From Waterburya sp. (GTDB lineage: Bacteria > Cyanobacteriota > Cyanobacteriia > Cyanobacteriales > Xenococcaceae), in contig CBDCJV010000002.1 in NCBI GenBank assembly GCA_965217895.1, forward strand, positions 1,056,001-1,120,000: a stretch of 64,000 bases of DNA, read 5' to 3'. How positions within the stretch are numbered: position 1 is the stretch's first letter; the number at the start of each line of letters is the position of its first letter. Both the position numbers and the translations under genes were made by a program. The notes beneath the pieces are model-generated. The model saw only the letters and a list, made by a program, of their open reading frames with translations, did no database searches and was not told the origin of the DNA. Below, piece after piece: positions 42,368-51,562 of the stretch.

Positions 42368-43549
42368 ATGAAGCGACATAATCCAGATTCATTTTTGATC
42401 AAAGCGACTCTGTTACTAATTAGTACCTTGACTGTCATGGCTGGGGCAGCGATCGCGCCGTCCTTACCAGCAATGGAAAAGCATTTTGCCGATGTGGAGA
42501 ATGCCGAATATTTAGTCAAATTGGCTTTGACTATCCCCGCTTTATTTATTGCCCTTTTTAGCTTCATAGTCGGAATGTCAATCAACAGCATTGGACGTAA
42601 GCCATTGCTGTTGGTTTCAACTTTACTCTTTGCCTGTGCAGGAAGTGCGGGTTTTGTCTTAAATTCCTTATGGGCTATTATCTTGAGCCGAGTCTTAGTT
42701 GGTCTATCGGTAGCGGGAACAATGACTGGGGTAATGACGATTATCAGCGACTACTATCAGGGTCAAAAGCGTGCCAACTTTATGGGTCTACAAGCTGCTT
42801 CTATGGGTTTTGGAGGGATGGTATTTGCGGCCGCTGGAGGAATAAGTGCCGATTTTAACTGGCGTTTTCCTTTTTTAATTTACTTATTGGCTTTTTTCGT
42901 TTTTATTTTAGTAGCGATCGCCATATACGAACCCGAACCAGACAAGATTAGGAATACCAAACGTCAAGCTTTTGTGCTACCCAAAGAATCAATTGGCATA
43001 ATCTATGCTTTAGGACTAATTTATATGGTTGCTTACTATTTAATTTTTGTGCAGCTACCGTTTTATCTACAAGAAATTAGTAATGCCAGCGCAGCCCAAA
43101 GCGGTATAGCCCTGGCGATTTCCACCTTAGCAGGGGCGATCGCCTCTTCTCAATATGGCACGATTAAAAAACATCTCGATTTTAGCAGCATCATAATTAT
43201 TGCCCTGGCATTGACGGCAGTTGGTCAATTTATTATGGGGTTTGGAGACAGCTATCGAATAGAGTTGTGCGGTTTGATCATTGGCGGAGTGGGATTTGGT
43301 CTAATTATGCCTAACTTTAGCAACTGGCTGGCGACTATTATGCCCAATCATCTTCGTGGTCGAGCTTTGGGCGGATTAACCACTTTCTTATTTTTGGGTC
43401 AGTTTATTTCACCAATTATCAGTCAACCGATTATCAAAGTTGTCGGCTTTGCTAATACCTATAGCTTGAGTGCTATTTTACTGCTACAGCTAGCCATAAC
43501 ACTTTTGGTAGTCAAAATTTCCACGGCATTTATCGCCGAGAAAATTTGA
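42368..43549 (+). CDS. MFS transporter
   Basis: About 12 TM segments; IAPSLP, IGRKPLL, NWRFPFLIY, GQFISP. Confidence 0.88.
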   Translation: MKRHNPDSFLIKATLLLISTLTVMAGAAIAPSLPAMEKHFADVENAEYLVKLALTIPALFIALFSFIVGMSINSIGRKPLLLVSTLLFACAGSAGFVLNSLWAIILSRVLVGLSVAGTMTGVMTIISDYYQGQKRANFMGLQAASMGFGGMVFAAAGGISADFNWRFPFLIYLLAFFVFILVAIAIYEPEPDKIRNTKRQAFVLPKESIGIIYALGLIYMVAYYLIFVQLPFYLQEISNASAAQSGIALAISTLAGAIASSQYGTIKKHLDFSSIIIIALALTAVGQFIMGFGDSYRIELCGLIIGGVGFGLIMPNFSNWLATIMPNHLRGRALGGLTTFLFLGQFISPIISQPIIKVVGFANTYSLSAILLLQLAITLLVVKISTAFIAEKI

Positions 43550-43559
43550 AATTAGAGAC

Positions 43560-43973
43560 ATGAAACTCTCAATTTTATTTGAATCTCCTTTTTGGATTGC
43601 CTTACTTGAAGAAGAAAGTGACGGTTTGCTGTATGCAGCACGTCATGTTTTTGGTTCCGAACCAAGCTCAGAAAACGTTTATGAATTTATTTTGAGTGGA
43701 GAATACAAAATTTTAGTTGAGAGTATGACAGTAGGCTTACTCGTAAAGCGATCGCGCCAACGCCGTATCAATCCCAAACGTCTGCAACGCCAAATTAGGC
43801 AAGAAAAAGAGCGCTCGGGCATTTCTAATCAATCGCGAGAAGTTATGCGACTTCAGCAAGAGCAAAATAAAAAAGAGCGTGCTTCAGTATCTAAAGAAGA
43901 ACGAGAGACCAAACGCAACTATAAGCGCGAACTAGCCAAAAACAAAAGAAAACAAAAACATCGTGGCAGATAA
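43560..43973 (+). CDS. YjdF/DUF2992 family protein
   Basis: FESPFWI, VFGSEPS, INPKRLQR, KQKHRGR. Confidence 0.85.
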   Translation: MKLSILFESPFWIALLEEESDGLLYAARHVFGSEPSSENVYEFILSGEYKILVESMTVGLLVKRSRQRRINPKRLQRQIRQEKERSGISNQSREVMRLQQEQNKKERASVSKEERETKRNYKRELAKNKRKQKHRGR

Positions 43974-44477
43974 GACCGCAGTAGGTTAATCGGTTAGCAC
44001 AGAAGATTTAACTGCCCGCAAGTAACGAGTAATGAGTATCTGAATACAAGGCACGTATTGCTTATTTGGGTAGAGGTAAATGGCTATTCATCCTTGCAGA
44101 ATAGTCTAGTCTTACGTATGAACGTTAGAACATTTCGTTAAATACTACTCCCTGCGAGGGGTTACTCCTTGGCTACTTTCGAGCCAATCACCCTCACTGT
44201 GGCGATCTAATCTTGTACGACTATATGTTGTTCGGCGATCAACAAAAAACAGACATAAATTAAGCAGTTTTGAAACCTTTCCTCGTCTCGTTTATAGCTT
44301 TCAAATGCCATACTCAAAACTACAATACTTTAATCGCTTTTGCCGACAGCAATTATTCAAATTTAAAATTTTAGATTTCCCAATTCTCGGCTATGAGCGA
44401 ACCACCTCGATCAATCAAATGTATCTTAGCAAAAGTTTCTTATATAACAACTCTGCTGAACGGAGCAATCAAATAAT

Positions 44478-45659
44478 ATGACAGGACAAACTGTAAATAA
44501 AGGTCGCCTAGCAGTCTCTCTGGCTGCATTGGCTTCGTTGATTCCAGGTCTAGCTGCACTATATTTTTGGCGACTTCAGGCTAACCCACCCGTGGCAACT
44601 ACTGCTCCTGAAGCTGTTCCTGAAGTCCCAGTTGCCAGAAACGTAACTTCTTTGGGTCGTGTTGAACCAAAAGGAGAAGTTATTACAGTTAGCGGAACTG
44701 TTGGCAGTCGCATTAGCCAGTTGTTGGTCGATGAAGGTCAGCAGCTAAAAAAAGGGCAGGCGATCGCTTATTTGGACGATTATGGCGAAAAGCTAGCTGA
44801 TAAAAACCTAGCTGCTAGTCAATTAGAAGACGCTCGTGAGCGTTACAATACCGTCACAAAATATGGCGAAGCTCAAATTGAAGAAGCGATGACTCGCATT
44901 GAGCAGATTAAAATGCCTGAATCTTTTCAAGTTAATGCTCAAAATGCTACGGTCAAGCAGTTATCGGCAGAGTTAGAGACAGTAAAGAAAGATTACGAAC
45001 GCAATAAGTATTTAGTCAAGCAAGGGGCAGTTTCCCAAGAAGTTCTAGATGAAAAAGCAGTCAATTACTTTACCAAAAGAGGCGAACTAGAAAATGCCCA
45101 AGCACAGTTATCACAGTTTACTGAAGCACGCCAATCAAATTTAGGCAATGCTGAAGCCCAACTACAGTCTGCCAAAGCTTCTTTAGCTAAAACTCAAGCT
45201 GAAATTGAAGTCAAGTCCTCACAGAGTAATTTGGAACTAGCCGAAGCAAGTTTAGAGCGTACCATAATTCGCGCACCGCGATCGGGTGAAGTTTTAGACG
45301 TAGTAGCTCGTTCAGGGGAGGTTATTGCAGACAAAGGCATTTTGCAGCTTGGTAATGTCGATCAAATGTATGTGGTTGCAGAAATTTATGAAAGCGATAT
45401 CGGCAAGATTAAACTCGGTCAACAAGCAGTTATTACCGATCCCAGTTTGCCGAGAAAGCTGACAGGTACTGTAGAGCGAATTAGTTCGCAGATCAGTAAA
45501 AAAGACGTTTTAGATACCGATCCTGCTGCCGATACAGATTCGAGGGTAATTGAAGCCAAAATTCGTCTAAATCCTCAAGATAGTTCCGTGGTCGCAGGTT
45601 TGATTAATTTACAGGTTGATGTAGAAATCAAATCAGCCGATGTTGCCATAAAGTCTTAA
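44478..45659 (+). CDS. devB: DevB-family membrane fusion protein
   Basis: SLGRVEPKGEVI, QMYVVAEIYESDI, DTDPAADTDSRVIE. Confidence 0.88.
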   Translation: MTGQTVNKGRLAVSLAALASLIPGLAALYFWRLQANPPVATTAPEAVPEVPVARNVTSLGRVEPKGEVITVSGTVGSRISQLLVDEGQQLKKGQAIAYLDDYGEKLADKNLAASQLEDARERYNTVTKYGEAQIEEAMTRIEQIKMPESFQVNAQNATVKQLSAELETVKKDYERNKYLVKQGAVSQEVLDEKAVNYFTKRGELENAQAQLSQFTEARQSNLGNAEAQLQSAKASLAKTQAEIEVKSSQSNLELAEASLERTIIRAPRSGEVLDVVARSGEVIADKGILQLGNVDQMYVVAEIYESDIGKIKLGQQAVITDPSLPRKLTGTVERISSQISKKDVLDTDPAADTDSRVIEAKIRLNPQDSSVVAGLINLQVDVEIKSADVAIKS

Positions 45660-45688
45660 TCCATTCCAGCGTTTTGCTGAATTTTAAT

Positions 45689-46849
45689 ATGCGCAGTCTA
45701 ATTCCACCATTAGCATGGTTGCAATTAACTAGAGAGAAAACTCGTTTATTAGTAGCATTAGCAGGTATTGCCTTTGCAGTAATTTTGATGTTGATGCAGC
45801 TAGGTTTTCGTGATGCTCTATTTGATAGTGCAGTCAGAATACATCATCAATTAAAGAGCGATATATTTATTCTCAACTCCGAGTCTCTTTCTCTGGTTGA
45901 ATTAAAAGAGTTTTCTCAAAGACGCTTATATCAAGCTTTAGGATTACCTGGAGTTGAGTCTGTTAGTCCCATATATATTAGTTACGGTTCTTGGAAAAAT
46001 CCTCAAACGGGAGGAAAACGTAGTCTGATGACTGTTGGCATCGATATTGAGCATAATGTCTTGGACTTGCCCGCAGTTAAGCGAAATTTGCCTGCACTCA
46101 GAGAAGACGACTCAGTTTTATTTGATCGCGCATCGCGACCAGAATTTGGCGATATTGCTAAGTTATTAAAGCAAAAATCTAGGGTCACGGTAGAATTAGA
46201 AAACCGCCGCGTTACCGTAAAAGGTTTGTTTAATCTTGGAGCTTCTTTTGGTTCTGATGGTACTGTAATCACCAGCGATCTCAACTTTATTCGTATTTTT
46301 AATCAACAACGCTCGAAGGGTTTAATCGATATAGGTGCAATATCACTCAAAAAAGGTGCATCAACCGCCCAAACTATTCAACAACTGCAAAAGAGTTTAC
46401 CCCAGGACATTCAAGTATTGTCAAAAGCTCAGTTTATTGAGTTCGAGAAAAATTACTGGCGAGGCAGTACTGCCATTGGCTTTATTTTTACCGTAGGCGC
46501 AATACTGGGTTTTGTTGTTGGTACGGTAATTGTCTACCAAATTCTCTATGCTGACGTTACCGACCAACTAGTTGAGTATGCCACCCTCAAGGCAATAGGC
46601 TATAGCAACCTTTATTTATCTAAACTTGTATTTCAAGAAGCAGTACTGCTTTCTATTCTAGGATTTATTCCTGGATTCGCTGTGTGCTTACAGCTTTATC
46701 AGGGTGCTAGGGAGGGGTCTGGTCTACCTCTGGAGATGACTTTAAAACGAAGCCTAACGGTTTTTTTGCTGACTATACTAATGTGTGCCATTTCAGGATT
46801 AATTGCTATGCGTAAAACTCGCTCTGCCGATCCTGCCGATATTTTTTAA
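45689..46849 (+). CDS. devC: DevC-family ABC permease
   Basis: PLAWLQL.REKTRLLVALAGIAFA, IVYQILYADV, EYATLKAIGY, ADPADIF. Confidence 0.92.
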   Translation: MRSLIPPLAWLQLTREKTRLLVALAGIAFAVILMLMQLGFRDALFDSAVRIHHQLKSDIFILNSESLSLVELKEFSQRRLYQALGLPGVESVSPIYISYGSWKNPQTGGKRSLMTVGIDIEHNVLDLPAVKRNLPALREDDSVLFDRASRPEFGDIAKLLKQKSRVTVELENRRVTVKGLFNLGASFGSDGTVITSDLNFIRIFNQQRSKGLIDIGAISLKKGASTAQTIQQLQKSLPQDIQVLSKAQFIEFEKNYWRGSTAIGFIFTVGAILGFVVGTVIVYQILYADVTDQLVEYATLKAIGYSNLYLSKLVFQEAVLLSILGFIPGFAVCLQLYQGAREGSGLPLEMTLKRSLTVFLLTILMCAISGLIAMRKTRSADPADIF

Positions 46850-46853
46850 AACC

Positions 46854-47543
46854 ATGAAATCATCAAAGACAGTTGTGGAGATCGATCGGCTTAACTACCA
46901 TCTCGGCAAGGGGAAGCTACGTAAGCAAATTTTATTTGATATCGATGCCAAGATTGAGCCAGGGGAAATTGTTTTTCTAACTGGTCCTTCAGGTTCGGGT
47001 AAAACTACCTTGCTGACCTTAATTGGAGGATTGCGATCGCCCCAGTCGGGAAGTCTCCAAGTTTTAGGAGAAGAGCTAACTCAGGCATCGTCCAGGCAGC
47101 TAAGATACCTACGTCGCAACATCGGCTATATTTTTCAAACTCACAATTTACTCAATTCTCTGACTGCTCGACAAAACGTACAGATGGCGATGGGTTTACA
47201 TTCAGATATTCCTCGTCGTGAGGGGATTAAAAGAGCCGAAGAAATCTTAACTAAAGTTGGTTTGGGCGAGTTTATTAACGTCCACCCTAATAAGCTTTCG
47301 ATCGGTCAACAACAGCGTGTGGCGATCGCTCGTGCCTTGGCTTCTCACCCCAAAATTGTTCTAGCCGATGAACCTACCGCATCTCTCGATAAGAAATCGG
47401 GTTTGGAGGTGATTGAATTGATGCAGGATTTAGCCAAAAAGCAAAGCTGCACCGTGGTCTTGGTAACTCATGATGTTCGTATTTTCGATTATGCAGATCG
47501 CCGACTCAATCTGGAGGATGGGCGTTTATCAGCAATAGATTGA
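46854..47543 (+). CDS. devA: DevA-family ABC ATPase
   Basis: GPSGSGKTTLL, LSIGQQQRVAIAR, ADEPTASLD. Confidence 0.9.
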   Translation: MKSSKTVVEIDRLNYHLGKGKLRKQILFDIDAKIEPGEIVFLTGPSGSGKTTLLTLIGGLRSPQSGSLQVLGEELTQASSRQLRYLRRNIGYIFQTHNLLNSLTARQNVQMAMGLHSDIPRREGIKRAEEILTKVGLGEFINVHPNKLSIGQQQRVAIARALASHPKIVLADEPTASLDKKSGLEVIELMQDLAKKQSCTVVLVTHDVRIFDYADRRLNLEDGRLSAID

Positions 47544-47592
47544 CCGTTATTCAGATATTTAAAGCTACAAAAATTACTACAGGAAATTAATC

Positions 47593-49647
47593 ATGGATTA
47601 TAAGGAAAAATTCGCCTGCGCCATTGGTATGTGTTCGGCAATCTTATTTGGTAATAATACTTCAGCTACGGCAGAAAATATCCCGACTGACATTAAAGTC
47701 AAACAGCCAGAGCGATCGCATTCTGGCGTAAAAAGATTACAAACTAATCTCACCATTCCCTTGCTGCCAAATTCACAACAGTTTGCCATAGCCGATCCGC
47801 AGCGATTTTTAACTGCTACTCAATGGCATTTTTTACTGAATAATAAATTATCTCAGCTAACTCAACTGTCAGAGCGACAAAATTCAAAACCCACCCTGCC
47901 ATCAGTTTTGAATCAGGGCGCATTTAGTACTAGTGCCAACGACCTTTTGCTGCTTCCTAGCCAAAGCGATCGCTTATTTGTTGATTCAGAACAGCCTAGT
48001 ATTCAACAAGCCATAGCTACCAATACGGCAGAAGATATACCCACTGAGATAAAAAACGATCAACCAGAGCGATCGCCTTCTAAGGTGAAAAGATTGAAAC
48101 CCGATCTTACTAAGCCCCTGCTGTCGAATTCACAGCAGCTTACCATAGCCGATCCGCAGCAATTTTTAACTGCTACCGAATGGGATTTTTTACCTGCGAG
48201 TGATGAATTATCTCAGTTAACTCCACTCTTTGATCGAGAAGGCTCAAAATCCAACCTGCCAGCAATGTTGAATTTGGGAGCATTTGGCACTAATACCGAC
48301 AATCCCCTACTGCTTCCTAATCAACCCAATCAAGTAACTATTGATTTAGAAAAACCGATTACGCTTAAACAAGCTGTATCGATTGCTCTTAGCAGCAATC
48401 AAGATATAGAAATATCTCGATTGAATATCAATACTGCTTTAGAATTGCTACAGGAAGCTAAAGCAGCCCGCTTTCCTACTTTAGACGCATCAACGGGTTT
48501 TGACAATGCACAAGCTGCTGTTGGCGGCGCTGCTAGTGCTGACGTTAGTACTGGTGCTGCTATTGGTGTAATCGATCAGTCCCAAATATCGAATATTTCC
48601 ACCACGACGAACTCATTTAATAGTTCATTATCCCTCAACTACAATCTCTATACGGGCGGAAGTATTGGAGCAACTATTAATAGTGCCGAAAAACAAGTCC
48701 GCTTGGGGCAGCTAGCTTTACAGCAGACTATTGCCGAGACTAGCTTGCTGGTTGCCACTAATTACTATGATTTACAGGGTGCTAATGCCAATGTAGATAT
48801 CGAACAAGCTGCTGTAGACGATGCTCAACGAACCTTAAAGGATGCCCAGATTCTCGAACGTGCAGGATCGGGTACAAAATTTGAAGTATTACAGGCTAAG
48901 GTAGCACTAGCTCAGGCAAAACAACAATTAAAACTTGAGCAAGCTAATCAAAATATTGCCCAAAGAACCCTAGCGGATACCTTAAATATAGGACAAAAAG
49001 TCCAGCTAAAGGCTGGTGATACGATTCAGATTGCTAATTCGTGGAAACCTTCTTTGCCAAAAAGTATTGTTATGGCATATAAAAATCGCCCTGAAATAAA
49101 ACAATATCTATTAGAGAAAGAAGTCAACATCCAACAGCGTAAAATTGCTTTAGCCGCAAATCGACCTCAGGTTAGCTTGGTTGCTAGCTACAATCTTCAG
49201 GATCAGTTAAATGACAATACAAACATGGCTGATGGCTATTCCGTTGGCGCAAGTGCCAAGTGGGCTTTGTTTGATGGAGGCGTAGCACGAGCTAGAGCTA
49301 GACAGGCAGATACAAATATTCAGATTGACGAGGCACAATTTGCCAATCAACGAGATGCAGTTCGTTTGGAAGTAGAGAACGCCTACTATACCCTCAATGC
49401 TAATCAAGAAAATACAGATACTGCAATCCAAGCAGTTAAACTAGCTGAAGAAAGTTTGAGATTAGCCAGATTAAGGTTTCAGGCAGGGGCTGGCACACAA
49501 ACTGACGTAATTAATGCTCAAGCAGCATTGACTACTGCTCGTGGCGATTTGTTAACCGCCATTATTGACTACAATAAGTCTTATGCCCAAATTCAGAGAG
49601 CCGTGAATAATTTACCTGATTTGCCAGAAATTCAGCAAAAAAGCTAA
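47593..49647 (+). CDS. TolC-family outer-membrane efflux protein with a duplicated N-terminal extension
   Basis: OEP repeats (ITLKQAVSIAL, ARLRFQAGAGTQTDVINAQ); 119-aa internal repeat. Confidence 0.88.
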   Translation: MDYKEKFACAIGMCSAILFGNNTSATAENIPTDIKVKQPERSHSGVKRLQTNLTIPLLPNSQQFAIADPQRFLTATQWHFLLNNKLSQLTQLSERQNSKPTLPSVLNQGAFSTSANDLLLLPSQSDRLFVDSEQPSIQQAIATNTAEDIPTEIKNDQPERSPSKVKRLKPDLTKPLLSNSQQLTIADPQQFLTATEWDFLPASDELSQLTPLFDREGSKSNLPAMLNLGAFGTNTDNPLLLPNQPNQVTIDLEKPITLKQAVSIALSSNQDIEISRLNINTALELLQEAKAARFPTLDASTGFDNAQAAVGGAASADVSTGAAIGVIDQSQISNISTTTNSFNSSLSLNYNLYTGGSIGATINSAEKQVRLGQLALQQTIAETSLLVATNYYDLQGANANVDIEQAAVDDAQRTLKDAQILERAGSGTKFEVLQAKVALAQAKQQLKLEQANQNIAQRTLADTLNIGQKVQLKAGDTIQIANSWKPSLPKSIVMAYKNRPEIKQYLLEKEVNIQQRKIALAANRPQVSLVASYNLQDQLNDNTNMADGYSVGASAKWALFDGGVARARARQADTNIQIDEAQFANQRDAVRLEVENAYYTLNANQENTDTAIQAVKLAEESLRLARLRFQAGAGTQTDVINAQAALTTARGDLLTAIIDYNKSYAQIQRAVNNLPDLPEIQQKS

Positions 49648-49685
49648 GCAATTAGAGCTTGAATCTAAAAACCTTGAAATGCCGA

Positions 49686-49934
49686 TTATTCTTTCCAATA
49701 GCCAAATTCTGGCTCATAGCAAGTACCATCGAGATCGCTAAGGCGATCGCCTATGTAAGATTGTGCATCAATAATTGCTTGGTTGTAGACACTAGGACAA
49801 ATTTCTTGCAGGCAAAAGTTTAGAAGTAGTGAAGCTTTTAGATCGCCGATCTCTTCGCCCATTTCTGCTTCAAAATATCGTTTGATTGATTCGATTGACT
49901 TTTGTTTTGCTTCTTTTGATAGTTTGAGCGTCAT
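49686..49934 (-). CDS. DUF2164 family protein
   Basis: SIKRYF...EEIGDL.A.LLL.F...EI.P..YNQAI.DAQ. Confidence 0.82.
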   Translation of the reverse strand: MTLKLSKEAKQKSIESIKRYFEAEMGEEIGDLKASLLLNFCLQEICPSVYNQAIIDAQSYIGDRLSDLDGTCYEPEFGYWKE

Positions 49935-50150
49935 TTTAGACTCGCCATGTTGGACTTCCTTAAATTTTATCTAATGAAGCGTTTACAGCACAAATGCTGA
50001 CCTTAATTGACTCAGCAGTAATGCCTATAATCAAGCGAAGCGATCGCTTTATGCCTTTGGGACAAATTAAATTAGATAGCTCGGTGATACGGTCTAGGAA
50101 TAAGGTCAAGTTTACCGTTAGCTTAGAATGCTTTAAATATCTCAACAAGA

Positions 50151-50957
50151 TTAATTGGGATTAATCTCAGGTGCATGATAAATAGTATTTTGCTCAATAT
50201 TATTGGCTGTCTTTACGGGTAAGAATGTTTTTATGACCGCCGCTTTTTTAGCCTTCGTTTTGCCGATGGGCGGAATTTCTAATAAATCCCTTGCTCCCGT
50301 AGCAGCTTGACCAAAAAACAATAATAGTGCCAAACAATTAAGAACTATATGGATATTGCGCATGGTCAGACTGCGATAGATATCATCTACAATGGCGATC
50401 GAAAAAATCATGAGCAAGGATACAGCAATTCCATAATAGTAATGTGACCAATACCATTCATCAGGTAATCGCCAAACCCCATCTTGTTGACCCAGAATAA
50501 TCAAGCCCATCCCTGTCAAAGTCGCAAAAACACCTCGCCATAGCTTAGGTCTAGCTCGTAGCAGTAGAATCAAAGAAACAATCGTGGCGACAAACAACAA
50601 AATAATCAAAATCGCTTGGGGATTATTCTTTTCCCAAAGTTTGCCTTTAATAAAGCTTTTATAAACAATTGAATAAGCGATCGCAATTAAGGAAACAGTA
50701 ACGACGCTAGGAGCTAGCCAACGACCAACCTGGACGTGTTCTCTTCCCACAACCGCAGGAATTTTGCTCTTGCCTTTTTTGCTTTCTAAGCGACGCTGGC
50801 GAGTTTGCCAGGCAAAATTAGCGACTATGCCTACCATAGGAAAAACAAAGGCAACTACAAGTATCGGGTGAATCAGGGCAACTAAGTCTTCACTGCCAAG
50901 ATTGCTAAAAGCGAGATAGTTTTGATGAACAATTAAAGTCCATGTATAGATATTCAT
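50151..50957 (-). CDS. DUF4079 family membrane protein
   Basis: LIHP...WQTRQRRL..REHV.VGRWL, SHYYYG, GQAATGARDLLEIP. Confidence 0.8.
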   Translation of the reverse strand: MNIYTWTLIVHQNYLAFSNLGSEDLVALIHPILVVAFVFPMVGIVANFAWQTRQRRLESKKGKSKIPAVVGREHVQVGRWLAPSVVTVSLIAIAYSIVYKSFIKGKLWEKNNPQAILIILLFVATIVSLILLLRARPKLWRGVFATLTGMGLIILGQQDGVWRLPDEWYWSHYYYGIAVSLLMIFSIAIVDDIYRSLTMRNIHIVLNCLALLLFFGQAATGARDLLEIPPIGKTKAKKAAVIKTFLPVKTANNIEQNTIYHAPEINPN

Positions 50958-51092
50958 GATGGTTAAAAATTATGGGTAATTAGTTTAAAGATTTTCAACT
51001 TTCTCTTTAGTAAGTTAAAGCACAATTATGAAAACAGACTGAATTTCTTCTGATTTTAAAATGTGTTAGCGATCCCATTGTCAAGATGTTGA

Positions 51093-51393
51093 TATAGCAA
51101 TACGTACTTATATTAGGACACTTGCTACTTGCTACTTGCTACTTGCTACTTGCTACTTGCTACTTGCTACTTGTTACTTGTTACTTGCTACTTGTTACTT
51201 GTTACTTGCTACTTGCTACTTGCTACTTGCTACTTGCTACTTGCTACTTGCTACTTGCTACTTGTTACTTGTTACTTGCTACTTGCTACTTGCTACTTGT
51301 TACTTGTTACTTGCTACTTGCTACTTGCTACTTGCTACTTGCTACTTACGAGCAATTAAATTTTCTGCCCTAACCAGTCAACGTACTGCGATA
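51093..51393. mobile_element. MITE-like element containing an expanded heptamer (STRR-type) array
   Basis: TATAGC..ATTAGGACA-(CTTGYTA)32-CTTACGAGC..TGCCCTAAC..GCGATA. Confidence 0.7.
51121..51344. repeat. Tandem heptamer array (CTTGCTA/CTTGTTA) x32
   Basis: 224 bp = 32 x 7 bp, read directly. Confidence 0.97.
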
Positions 51394-51562
51394 CTCTTTT
51401 GTCGGACAAACCCATACTCAACTATGTGAGTTCGATGAGTCACAAATCTGCTATTTAAATTTAAAGAAGTTTAAAAACTTAGAGTAAACGGTTGCCGTGT
51501 TTTCTTCTATACCTCAGAATAAGTTAAGGAAAGTAAATTATCTATAGACCAGAGAAAATTGC

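Noticed and set aside
51121..51344. Possible CRISPR array
   Set aside because: Contiguous 7-bp units with no spacers and no cas genes.
51122..51429. Three ORFs reading LLATCY repeats
   Set aside because: Translation artefacts of the stop-free heptamer array.
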